Shown here in pieces: positions 1 through 11,521 of a DNA stretch of 64,000 nucleotides. Below the pieces are notes generated by a model. The model was not told where the DNA came from. It did no database searches and saw only the letters and a program-made list of their open reading frames with translations. A program made the translations under genes and the position numbers. Source of the DNA: Macrostomum lignano (Eukaryota); NCBI GenBank assembly GCA_002269645.1, contig NIVC01000016.1, positions 62,001 through 126,000 of the forward strand, written 5' to 3'. Positions within the stretch are counted from its first letter, which is position 1. The number at the start of each line of letters is the position of its first letter.

Positions 1-620
1 TAACCCACACAGCCAAACCCACACAGACCAACCCACACAGCCCAACCCACAAAGAATAACCCACACAGCCAAACCCACACAGACCAACCCACACAGCCAA
101 ACCCACACAGCCAAACCCACAAAGAATGACCCACACAGACCAACCCACAAAGAATAACCCACACAGCCAAACCCACAAAGAATAACCCACACAGCCAAAC
201 CCACACAGACCAACCCACACAGCCCAACCCACAAAGAATAACCCACAAAGAATAACCCACACAGCCAAACCCGCAAAGAATAACCCACACAGCCAAACCC
301 ACACAGCCAAACCCACACAGCCAAACCCACACAGCCAAACCCACACAGCCAAACCCACACAGCCAAACCCACAAAGAATAACCCACACAGCCAAACCCAC
401 ACAGACCAACCCACACAGCCCAACCCACAAAGAACAACCCACAAAGAATAACCCACACAGCCAAACCCACACAGACCAACCCACACAGCCCAACCCACAA
501 AGAACAACCCACAAAGAATAACCCACACAGCCAAACCCACACAGCCAAACCCACACAGCCAAACCCGCAAAGAATAACCCACACAGCCTAACCCACAAAG
601 AACAACCCACGCAGTCGAAC
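1..620. repeat. Degenerate minisatellite (AACCCACACAGCC / AACCCACAAAGAAT units) in GPCR intron 2
   Basis: Directly visible 13-14 bp units with an invariant AACCCAC core; the array stops at the minus-strand GT donor at 624-623. Confidence 0.9.
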
Positions 621-624
621 CCAC

Positions 625-1718
625 CTTTCTTTTGTTCTCCTCCCTGGCCTGAGTTCCGGACTGGGGCGCTCCGCCAACGGCGCCCTCTTCGCCAGGCGCC
701 GGCCGCATGAGCGCCCTGATGATGGCGCCAGAGGTGAAGATCACCACGGCCAGCGGGCAGAGGAACAGCAGAGCGAATGACGTCATCACATAGGCGGTGC
801 GGCCGGCCTGGCTGAAGCTGTCCAGGCAGTGCTGATTGCGCAGGCTGCCGTAACGGCTGGAGCCGTGAAATGGCACCGCGGCAGGGTGGAAGGCCTGCAC
901 CAGGCAGAATGCGGACGGCAGACTCCAAGTGAGCAGGATGAAGAGGCCGGTGCGACTGCGCGACTGGAACATCAGGCTGCGCAGCGGGTGCACGATAGCC
1001 AGGAAGCTGCGTGGGCGAAGAGGCGCGGAAAGTCACGTGATCAGCGATCAGCGATGCCAAGTTAGGTGCCTGTCTGAGTGATGCCTAATTAGGTGTCTGT
1101 CTGACTTAGTGATGCCTGATTAGGTGTCTGTCTCACTCAGTGGTGCCTAATTAGGTGTCTGTCTCAGTGATGCTTAATTAGGTGTCTGTCTCAGCGATGC
1201 CTGATTATAGTTGGGGGAGGGGGGGCAGATTTCCCTCACCGCTCCAGCGAGATGACCACCAGAGTGAGCAGGCTGGTGAACACCAGCAGCATCAGGAAGA
1301 AGGTGACCACAGCGCAGCCAAGCGAGTTGAAGATCTTGGCGGACAGCCAACAGGGTCCCAGCAGTTGGACTCCCTTCAGCGGCAGGACAATGACGGACAC
1401 GAGCAGATCCGTGATGGCCAGGTTCAGAATGTAGCAGTTGGTCACGGTCCGCATCGCCCTGTAGGCAGCTATGGACCCAATGACCAGCAGGTTGCCGACA
1501 AACATGGCCAGCCCCACGGCCACCCAGATGGCCGCCAGCGACAGTCGAAGCGATTCAATGTGCAGCAGGTCGGTGTACTCGGTGGCGTTGACGGTCAGGC
1601 AGTTGAACTCCTCCTGCATGCTGGGGGATTCCGTTTGTAGGCGAGATTGCAGAGAAGTTTGCTTGACAAGCTGCAGGACTGCAAGACAGGCTGCCTTCTG
1701 CGGCAATATTGCTTGCAT
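625..1718 (-). CDS. Class A (rhodopsin-like) GPCR, probably a peptide receptor; 3' part lies outside the window
   Basis: Exon 1 1718 (or downstream ATG 1619)..1240 encodes TM1 GNLLV, TM2 NLAITDLL and TM3 ending ISLE-R. Donor GTGAGG at 1239, acceptor CAG at 1009-1007. Exon 2 1006..625 continues R-FLAIVHPLR (ERF in place of DRY), TM4, ECL2 Cys (NQHCLDSF) and TM5 (FALLFLCPLAVVIF), then donor GTGGGT. TM6-7 are not in the window. Confidence 0.9.
1068..1205. repeat. Short degenerate array (TGATGCCTAATTAGGTGTCTGTCT-like) in GPCR intron 1
   Basis: About 5 copies with an ATTAGGTGTCTGTCT core. Confidence 0.75.
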
Positions 1719-1904
1719 ATTTAAGTTAGTTGAGTGACGATCGCTTATTGGCCAGCCCTGGCATGGAAATCTATACGAAGTCCTTGGTTGTAGCATTCCG
1801 AACTGGAAGCTTTAGAATGCTAGTTGCCAAATTTATTGTTGATCCACTCTGTGATACCTGTGCCATCCCGTGAACACAAGTTGGACCCCCAAATTTAACC
1901 TCTC

Positions 1905-2595
1905 TGGGTTCAATGTGACTCCCCTGATCCCAATGTGACTCCCCTGACCCAGTGTGACTCCCCTGACCCCGGAGTGACTCTCCTGACCCCAATGTGACTC
2001 CCCTGACCCCAATGTGACTCCCCTGACCTAGTGTGACTCCCCTGACCCCGGAGTGACTCTCCTGACCTCGATGTGACTCTCCTGACCCCAAAGTGACTCT
2101 CCTGACCCCAATGTGACTCCCCTGACCCCAATGTGACTCCCCTGACCCCAAGGTGACTCCCCTGACCCCAAAGTGACTCTCCTGACCCCAATGTGACTCC
2201 CCTGACCCGATGTGACTCTCCTGACCCCAAGGTGACTCTCCTGACACCAATGTGACTCTCCTGACCCCAATGTGACTCTCCTAACCCCAATGTGACTCTC
2301 CTGACCCCAATGTGACTCTCCTGACCCCAATGTGACTCCCCTAACCCCAATGTGACTCTCCTGACCTCGATGTGACTCTCCTGACACCAATGTGACTCTC
2401 CTGACCCCAATGTGACTCTCCTGACACCAATGTGACTCTCCTGACCCCAATGTGACTCTCCTGACCCCAATGTGACTCTCCTGACTTCAATGTGAATCTC
2501 CTGACCCCCAGTTTGACTCTCCTGACCCCAATGTGACTCTCCTGACCTCAATGTGACTCTCCTGACTTCAATGTGACTATCATGACCCCAATGGA
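1905..2595. repeat. 20-bp minisatellite (CCCCAATGTGACTCTCCTGA)
   Basis: About 34 copies; source of the GSGESHWGQESH-type ORFs. Confidence 0.95.
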
Positions 2596-3114
2596 GCATG
2601 AATCGAGTGTGAATTGAGTGTGAAAGAAGTGTGAAGAAGTGTGAATAGAGAGTGAGTGGAGCGTGAATTGAGCGTGAATCTAAGACTAGTACCAGGTCAA
2701 GCTGTCTTGAAGCAAAACCTTAAGAATTAGAAGCAAATCCTTCTGAGGCAAATCGGCATCTAATGTGTGAACCGGATTAAAATCTAGGACAGATCTGTGC
2801 CTCTCAGTTCCACAGCACAGCTTATGAATAAGCGCTGACCCCGATAGCTGAAAATTGAAATTATTTTTTGGCGTATTGGCGTGATTGCACAGAGAGAATA
2901 TTTCTTCCTATACATTTATATCAATGGAATTTAATTCCGCATTAAAGCACACCGATGGCTACAAAAAATTGCGTTGCCTAAAAATACCATACTGGCTACT
3001 ATTAGGTAGACAGTAAGTAGCAGTGTTGGAACATTTCCTATGGCGCAAACGTCTGCTTCAAAGAAGCTACCGTTTAAAATGAAAATTGACATCAGAGTGT
3101 CCTTGTTGCTGTAA

Positions 3115-3290
3115 CTGTTGAGAACTGTTGAAAACTGATTAGAATTGATGAGAACTGATGAGAAGTGATGAGAAGTGATAAGAACTGATGAGAACTGATG
3201 AGAACTGATGGGAACTGATGGGAACTGATGAGAACTGATGGGAACTGATGAGAACTAATGAGAACTGATGAAAACTGATGAGAACTGTCC
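3115..3290. repeat. 10-bp repeat (GAACTGATGA)
   Basis: Directly visible. Confidence 0.85.
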
Positions 3291-3832
3291 ATGATATTGA
3301 TAACTGATACGTGTATGGATTATTAATTCTCTATTCGTGCTATCAACATTGCCCTGACCAAAAACTGAGCTCACTGATGTCGCATTGCACAAGTGCTTTG
3401 TTCGTGTGCTGGCCTCAAAAATACTAACTCTTGTAGGCATTATTTACGAATAATTTCTCAGTTCCTGCAATTCTTGAAGTGAAACCGAAAATTTCTTCCG
3501 TTAACCAGACTATTTTTAGTCATGATGCCCATGCCATGCCTTGTTACCCAATATGTAGAGGACTGCTTTTGTGTCGTTGGGCCAGCCAATCCCCCTCGGC
3601 AGCTGGCCACAGTCACCAGTGTACTCTGAGCTAAAAATAGCACAGGACTTCAGGGTCGGAATTTCCAAGAAATGGCCTGGCTCTTATTCACGAAAAGCTT
3701 ATTAACCCCTCTTTAACTGGCTGGCTTTAAGCAACAAGAATCTAATCCAAATCTAATAAAGCTTTAATAGAATTCGAGTCAATTAACTCTTGGTCTTTCA
3801 CACTCGCTTCCCCAGATCAAAACCCGATCATC

Positions 3833-5512
3833 ATGGCCAGCTCAAAGTCACGCAGACCGCTGATGAAGCTGTCGATCGTTGGTCTTCTGATCTGCGTTCC
3901 ACTGATCTTCCTGATGGTCCGCCAGCAACAGCCACAAACGGCCGACCGGGCCGCCGCCGCAGGCGCTGGAAAGGACTGTCCAGAGAAGTGCAACTGCACC
4001 GTCGTGATGCGAAAGCACAGCGTCAAGAAGAATCAGGTGACCTGCCATGGCCTGTCCAGCATCCCGGACGGCATCCCGGTGAACACTCAGGTGCTCATTC
4101 TCAATGGGAACAGCATCTCAAAAATTAACGATGAGTTGAAGAATCTGTCCAAACTGGAGGAGCTGAGCATGGTTGACAACAAGCTGGAGAAAATCGGACC
4201 TGGCAACCTCACCGGCTTGAGCAGTCTCAGCCGGCTCTACCTGACCAGAAATCAACTCAGCAACTGGCCCGATCTGTGCGATGATGTCGGATCCAGCCTC
4301 ACTCACCTGGGCATCGATGAGAACCTCCTCACTGGGTCGGCAGCGCCGGATTCGTATGCCAAGTGCAGAAAGCTGGAGTCTCTGGTCCTCACCAAGAACA
4401 CCTTCCCCCAGCTCAGCAACGCCACCCTGGCAGCCCTCGGTGCTGCTGGTTCTCTCAAATCCGTGAAGCTCAACAGCGTCAAGATGACTGCCCTGGACCC
4501 CACGGCCCTGCTGCCCCTGGCTGATCACCTCACCAGCCTGGATCTCAGCCAGAACCCGGACCTGCCCGTCGAGCAGGTGGCGGCTGCCTTCAGCGCTGCC
4601 CGCTTCAGCAATCAGTTCCTCGGCCTGACCCTGAAATCCACTGGCTGGACTGAGCTGCCCGACGGCTTCCTGCCGAGCGGCAACTTCCCCAGTCTGGACA
4701 TCCTGCACCTGGACGGCAGCCAGAAGCTGTCGAGCATCCAGCCGAACGCCCTGGCTGGCGGCTCCAGCCTGACTCGCCTGTTCCTCAACCAGTGCCCGCT
4801 GACGTCGCTGGATGCTCAGCTGGCCAACCTGAGAAAGCTGACGGACATCAATCTGTCCGGGACCCGCCTGTCCAAGTGGACCCCGGACACGTTCGGCCAG
4901 CCGACCCTTCGCCGACTCTACTTGTCCAACGCTGGCGTGACGACCATCGGCGGGCTGGACGGCGTCAGCGAGAATCCGCTGCCCGGTCTGGCCAGCTTGG
5001 CTGACGGCGGCCTCCAGCTTGCTGGCAACCCGCTGGTGTGCAACTGCAGCCTGCTGTGGCTCAGCAAGCAGCTCGGGTCCGATGCCATTCGCAAGAAATT
5101 CTACAAGCTCGACCAGGTGACGTGTCGCGACCAGGCCAGCGGGAAGTCGATCAAACTGACCGACTGCAAGCCTGCCGACTGTAACTCTACTACGACTACT
5201 ACGGCTACCACTACTAGTACTGCTACTACTCAGAGTCCCACAGAGAATCCGGCCATTCCGGGCAAAGCCAAGCTTGCTGCCTGGGTTCTGCCCGTGGCCA
5301 TCTCTGCTGGAGTGCTGCTCCTGGCCGCACTGATGGCTGGCTCAGTCCTGCTAGCGCGTCGGTGCTCTATCCGACGCCAGCAGCAGCAGTTCGGCGACGG
5401 CGAGCAGCGACGCAGTCTGGTTCCAGGCGACGAAGACGATGACGATAGCAGCGTCAGCAACTGCTTCAAGTTGAGGAGTCGCCGTTCGCGTTCCGAGGAC
5501 CCGTTGGCCTGA
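3833..5512 (+). CDS. Single-exon leucine-rich-repeat type I membrane protein (559 aa)
   Basis: N-terminal hydrophobic segment (LSIVGLLICVPLIFLMV), LRR-NT CPEKCNC..VTC, about a dozen LxxLxLxxN repeats, LRR-CT NPLVCNCSLLWL..VTC, Thr-rich stalk, TM (WVLPVAISAGVLLLAALMAGSVLL) and a short tail. GC3-rich codons. Confidence 0.93.
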   Translation: MASSKSRRPLMKLSIVGLLICVPLIFLMVRQQQPQTADRAAAAGAGKDCPEKCNCTVVMRKHSVKKNQVTCHGLSSIPDGIPVNTQVLILNGNSISKINDELKNLSKLEELSMVDNKLEKIGPGNLTGLSSLSRLYLTRNQLSNWPDLCDDVGSSLTHLGIDENLLTGSAAPDSYAKCRKLESLVLTKNTFPQLSNATLAALGAAGSLKSVKLNSVKMTALDPTALLPLADHLTSLDLSQNPDLPVEQVAAAFSAARFSNQFLGLTLKSTGWTELPDGFLPSGNFPSLDILHLDGSQKLSSIQPNALAGGSSLTRLFLNQCPLTSLDAQLANLRKLTDINLSGTRLSKWTPDTFGQPTLRRLYLSNAGVTTIGGLDGVSENPLPGLASLADGGLQLAGNPLVCNCSLLWLSKQLGSDAIRKKFYKLDQVTCRDQASGKSIKLTDCKPADCNSTTTTTATTTSTATTQSPTENPAIPGKAKLAAWVLPVAISAGVLLLAALMAGSVLLARRCSIRRQQQQFGDGEQRRSLVPGDEDDDDSSVSNCFKLRSRRSRSEDPLA

Positions 5513-6231
5513 CTGGCTCGAGTCATTGGGAGAAGGACATCAATCAATCAATACGCTGCGCATGTACAACACTATTTATAATTTGGTTACTTATGCTGAC
5601 TGGAACCCATTTCTCTCGTAATGGCACTTAAAAAATCTTATTTGTTCGAGCCTACACTAGCTCAACACTTTGTTTGTAATCTAGGAGTATCTGTTTATTA
5701 AGGTGTTAAGTTACGGCTTCCTCTCGCTACATGCCCGATTCTACGCCCTCTATAGGCATTGCTAGAACAGCTTGATAAGAGACTGTCGGTTTGAACTGTT
5801 GATGTTATTACACGCTTAAACACTTTTGCCTCGTTATCTCTCGCGGTCATTCAATGAATAAACAATTTTTCTGCAGAATTCAAAGTGCAGCCTTCAGCTG
5901 ACGTGTAATTTCTTGGAAATTTAAGTTTTAAAATCTGTTAGATATGAGAGCCTGTTAGTTTCTCAGCAATACTTTCCAAGACACGTGTTAATTCTGGCTT
6001 GAACATTTTCGTACGATGATTGTAATAAACAAATTTATCTGATAGCAAATTCAACACTGCTTGTATTCTGAATTCAGTGACTAAACTTAATGCTGAATTA
6101 CAAAATCTCTTGTGCAACAAAGTTTACCTATCGCTGCATGTTACTTTTCTTTGAAATCAAACTGAGATTGAAAATTTTCGTTTTTAAGACAAAATTATCA
6201 ATTAGCCAATTAGTCTGAAGTTTTTAGATGC

Positions 6232-6335
6232 TTTGTTGATTGATTGTTTGATTAATTGATTGATTGATTGATTAATTGATTGATTGATTGATTGATTGGT
6301 ATGTTGATTAATTAATTGATTGATTGATTGGTATG

Positions 6336-6389
<54 letters not shown>

Positions 6390-6495
6390 AATTGATTGAT
6401 TGTTTGATTAATTGACTGATTGATTGATTAATTGATTGATTAATTGATTGATTGATTCATTCATTGGTATGTTGATTGATTGATTGATTGGTATG

Positions 6496-6559
<64 letters not shown>

Positions 6560-6571
6560 TTGATTGATTGG

Positions 6572-6602
<31 letters not shown>

Positions 6603-6627
6603 ATTAATTGGTTGATTGATTGGTTGG

Positions 6628-6663
<36 letters not shown>

Positions 6664-6785
6664 TTGATTGATTGATTGGTTGATTGGTTGATTGGTTGAT
6701 TGATTGGTTGATTGATTGATTGGTTGATTGATTGATTGATTGATTCGTTAATTGATCAGTTTGTTGGTTTATTGATTGATTGACT
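6232..6785. repeat. (GATT)n microsatellite with GGTT/TAAT variants
   Basis: Directly visible. Confidence 0.95.
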
Positions 6786-7404
6786 TGTCATGACTCTATG
6801 CTTATGCTTATTTGGCAATCGCATGTTAACGAAGCGGAAGGATGCCACTTTTGCAGCAATTCAAACTGCATTGGTGAGATTGAATGTCTTCAGTTTTTGA
6901 ACACTAATTCGAGTATATCTCGCCTTCTGTACTTCTAAATCTCAAACGGAGTCCGAGGCTTTGTTTTGTCCGAGGCTCTTATCAAACTGCGGGCTTTTTT
7001 TTACTAGAATGCTACTTGAGACCAGCGACTTTTTTAGATGGTGCGCGCTCGACCTTAAGGTGTTTGCTGCCATTTTTAATATCGGAATCGGTTACTACAA
7101 GTATCCACAAGATACTACTCGTAATTTGAGCAGTAGTCAGTTAAGTTTCACTAGTTTGGAAATTAAAATTTTTTCAGGTTAAGACAATTGTATTTTCTGA
7201 ATAATATCTCAATAATAATAATATACTAATAAATTTGAATTGGATTGCTAATTGGTTATCAGGTAAAACGACAAGACTGGTAACTACGTAATTCATTTAA
7301 AAGCGAAATGCGAACGCAGTTGCTTGTTAGGTGATGAACGTCGACATGGTGGATGGTCTGGGATGGGAGTCGAATTTCAAATCAAGAATGAGGTCATCGG
7401 ATGC

Positions 7405-7730
7405 TAGGGAAGGGGTCAGGATGGTTCAGGATGGGTCAGGATGGGTCAGGATGAGTCAGGATGGGTCAGGGTGGGTCAGGATGGGTCAAGTTGGGTCAGG
7501 ATGGATTAGGATGGGTCAGGATGGGTCAGGATGAGTCAGGATGGGTCAGGATGGCTAGGATGGTTAGGATAGGTCAGCATGGTTAGGATGGGTCAGCATG
7601 GGTCAGGATGAGTCAGGATGGGTCAGGGTGGGTCAGGATGGGTCAAGTTGGGTCAGGATGGGTCAAGTTGGGTCAGGATGGATCAGGATGGGTCAGGATG
7701 GGTCAGCATGGGTCAGCATGGGTCAGGATG
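7405..7730. repeat. 10-bp repeat (GGTCAGGATG) just 3' of the MFS gene
   Basis: Directly visible, about 32 copies. Confidence 0.9.
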
Positions 7731-7801
7731 CAGGAGTAATTACAGGATCAGAATGGCCTTAAAGACGCTTCACAACAGAGTCGGACGGCTCAGCGCTCGG
7801 A

Positions 7802-9937
7802 TCAGTGGTCCTCTAGATCGGCGTCCTTGGTCTCTCGGGACAGGCAGAAGGCCGCCAGCAGTACCACGACGACGAAGGCGCCCGCGTAGACCACGAGGCC
7901 AGCAATCCGGGACGCCGGCATGACCACCTGGGCGATCAGGGGCGTCAGGATGCAGCCGCACTTGCCGGTGAGCTGGATCAGCCCGACGCCCAGCGCTCTC
8001 ACCCTTGTGGGGAACGCCTCCGGCGCGTAGATGTTGCTGATGTTGATGGTCACCACGGCGGAGCCGCGGGCGAAGAACAGCAGGCTGACCAGCAGGGGGG
8101 CGCTGCGGGGTGCCAGGCTGCTCAGCATGAGTAGCAGGGTGAAGCCACCAGCCAGGCCTGCGGTCACCTGCGCGGAAGGATTGTGGCAACTTTATCCACC
8201 ATGAGCCTGCTGACTGCCGCCATGCCCCAACATGATCCTACTATCCACTACTATGACCTGCTTCACTATGACCCCGCTATGACCTGCTCCACTATGATCT
8301 CGCTATGACCTACTCCACAATGAATGAAGTTGATGATCCCTAATATGACATTCACCGTGTCTCCAACTGGATCCTAACCATGAACCCTTCACTGCGGCAA
8401 TTCACACACGACACAGTGCCCACAATGACCCCTTAGCAACTGCCGGTCCCAAACCACCTGCAGCATTCGCCGCCTTTCCAGGTAGGCGCTGACGGACAGA
8501 GCGATAACTGTGCCGGGCACCTCCGACAAGGCCGTCACCAGCAGGTTGACGTAGTCGCGCTGCGACAGCGGCCGGCAGTCGGCGCCGCCGCAGCTGGACT
8601 GCAGCACCTCGGCGACGCTGTTGCTCATGCCGGACTCCTGGACGAGCTGCTGGGCGAACAGAACGCCGCCGTAGTAGGTGAAGTTTGTCAGGAAGCTGAT
8701 GGCAGCCAGGCCCAGCGTGAGGGAGCGAAGCCTCCTGCTGAACAGCCACTTGACGCGGGGCGCCTCCGCCGTCTTGGCCTCCTGGCTGATGCGCAATTTG
8801 TCCCAGTCAAAGTCAGACTCGCGACCGTTCACCTTGGTGCGGTTCGGTTTTATCTGGCTTGTAAAACTTTGCCAATCGATTTCTGGGCAGAATCTTCCCC
8901 AAAATTCGAATCCCAGGAGAATTCAATTCACGTACATTAATTTCAATCATCTACAGTTACAATAATAAATTAGCAGAAGGGTTTTGGTCACCGTGGAGAC
9001 ATCCGTCGCACAGCCAGCGCTGAGGCAATTCTGCCCATTCCGCTGCCTCCTGAGCACAGACAAGCGCGTCAATACTGTACTCAGGCACAGCACTCGTACA
9101 CACGCACACACGGGGTGTACAGCAGCGGCCCTTTGACTAATCTTCTCCAAAACAATTAATCCCCTAGCAACACACCCTGGCGATGTGCCTGAGCGAAGCC
9201 TTGCACTTGTCCATTTGGCCGTGCACCAGGTAGAACCGAGGCGTCTCCGGGACCAGCCAGTAAGCCCCGCAGCTGCCGATGATGGGCAGGGCAGACAGAA
9301 TGACGAGGATCCGCCAGGTTTCGTTGCCGACGCCGGCAGCGTTGAGTCCCAGAGCGACGGCGAGCTCCAGCACGGGGCCGACACTCCAGACGACAAAGCC
9401 GATGTTCAACAGATAGGCCCTGGCGGTTGCCGGGCAGCACTCGACCATGTACACCAGGCCCTGCGGCGTGGTTGCCATGAAGGCTCCGGCCACAGTGCGC
9501 AGGAAGACCAGCCATTCGAAGCTGGGCGACAGCGCGGAGATGAGCATGTAGTAGCCGGTGAAGGCCATGCCGAGGATCATGACGCCCCGCCTGCCATGCT
9601 GATCAGCCAGGAAGCCCCACAGCGGGCAGAACAGCAGGAAGCCCATGAAAATGGCCAGCGAGAAGATGGCCAGCCTCAGATTGGGCAGTTGCCACTGGCA
9701 CTGGATGGTGCGGCCCACAATTCCGATCAGAGTGATGCCCATGGACTCTCCTAGTAGAAGCAGGCCGGCAAACACCGTCAGGAGAGCTTGGAAGCGGCCA
9801 ACACCGAGGGCGTCGATCACTTCGCCAACTTTTATTGTTGGTCCGTCTTTGTCGTCGTCGCCTCCAGCCGAAGCAGCGCTTGAAACCGCCGGCCTGCTGC
9901 GACGGACGAGCTCGGTCTTCTCGGTGGCTTCGGACAT
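7802..9937 (-). CDS. svop: SVOP/SV2-related MFS transporter, 3 exons, about 500 aa
   Basis: Exons 9937..9176, 8832..8458 and 8167..7802, all phase 0 with GT/AG. Motifs IDALGVGRFQ, WGFLADQHGRR, PETPRFYL, NFTYYGGVLF and YAPEAFPTRVRALGVG are typical of SVOP-like proteins. SVOP versus SVOPL orthology is not resolved. Confidence 0.88.
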
Positions 9938-10004
9938 TGCCGGAGCCTCTCTTGTCCCTGTTGCCTCGTTCTTGTTTCCCTATTCAAGTCTTTGCGCTTG
10001 TGTC

Positions 10005-11260
10005 TTTGGTTAACTGTCGGAATGCGTCTTTGGTCAGCTATCGGAATGCGTCTTTGGTTAACTGTCGGAATGTGTCTTTGGTCAGCTATCGGAATGCGTC
10101 TTTGGTTAACTGTCGGAATGCGTCTTTGGTCAGCTATCGGAATGTGTCTTTGGTTGACTGTCGGAATGTGTCTTTGGTTAACTGTCGGAATGTGTCTTTG
10201 GTTAACTGTCGGAATTCGTCTTTAGTTAACTGTCGGAATGTGTCTTTGGTTAACTGTCGGAATGCGTCTTTGGTTAACTGTCGGAATTCGTCTTTAGTTA
10301 ACTGTCGGAATGTGTCTTTGGTTAACTGTCGGAATGCGTCTTTGGTTAACTGTCGGAATGTGTCTTTGGTTAACTGTCGGAATGCGTCTTTGGTTAACTG
10401 TCGGAATGTGTCTTTGGTTAACTGTCGGAATGTTTATTTGGTTAACTGTCGGAATGTGTCTTTGGTTAACTGTCGGAATGTTTATTTGGTTAACTGTCGG
10501 AATGTGTCTTTGGTTAACTGTCGGAATGTGTCTTTGGTTAACTGTCGGAATGTGTCTTTGGTTAACTGTCGGAATGCGTCTTTAGTTAACTGTCGGAATG
10601 TGTCTTTGGTTGACTGTCGGAATGCGTCTTTAGTTAACTGTCGGAATGTGTCTTTGGTTGACTGTCGGAATGTGTCTTTGGTTAACTGTCGGAATGTGTC
10701 TTTGGTTAACTGTCGGAATGCGTCTTTAGTTAACTGTCGGAATGTGTCTTTGTTAACTGTCGGAATGCGTCTTTAGTTAACTGTCGGAATGTGTCTTTGG
10801 TTGACTGTCGGAATGCGTCTTTGGTTAACTGTCGGAATGTGTCTTTGGTTAACTGTCGGAATGCGTCTTTAGTTAACTGTCGGAATGTGTCTTTGGTTGA
10901 CTGTCGGAATGCGTCTTTGGTTAACTGTCGGAATGTGTCTTTGGTTAACTGTCGGAATGTTTCTTTGGTTAACTGTCGGAATGTGTCTTTGGTTAACTGT
11001 CGGAATGCGTCTTTGGTTAACTGTCGGAATGTGTCTTTGGTTAACTGTCGGAATGCGTCTTTAGTTAACTGTCGGAATGTGTCTTTGGTTAACTGTCGGA
11101 ATGTGTCTTTGGTTAACTGTCGGAATGTGTCTTTGGTTAACTGTCGGAATGTGTCTTTGGTTAACTGTCGGAATGTGTCTTTAGTTAACTGTCGGAATGC
11201 GTCTTTGGTTAACTGTCGGAATGCGTCTTTGGTTAACTGTCGGAATGCGTCTTTGGTTAG
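10005..11260. repeat. 24-bp minisatellite (GGTTAACTGTCGGAATGTGTCTTT) immediately upstream of the MFS start codon
   Basis: About 52 highly homogeneous copies; yields the spurious (SLVNCRNV)n ORFs. Confidence 0.95.
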
Positions 11261-11427
11261 CCTAGAGGCAAAGCTTAAGCTTAGTGCTTAAGAGGAGCCG
11301 GCAGTGGAACTCGGAAACACACCATATTAGCCTGTCTTTCTATTAAATGGAATTGAAAGCGCTGTTAGTAAAAGTGCAGAGCCAATTTTTCTTTCTAGGA
11401 GGAGCCAATAGCAACACGAGGAGTTGG

Positions 11428-11429
<2 letters not shown>

Positions 11430-11517
<88 letters not shown>
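11430..11517. repeat. (CT)n microsatellite
   Basis: Directly visible. Confidence 0.95.

Positions 11518-11521
<4 letters not shown>

Noticed and set aside
1-620. Telomere-like (TAACCC) similarity of the AACCCAC array, and TCAGGG words at 35.5 kb
   Set aside because: Units are 13-20 bp with only partial hexamer matches; not interstitial telomere repeats.
5938-6120. 60-aa AT-rich minus-strand ORF
   Set aside because: Short, no recognisable motif or supported splice partners.
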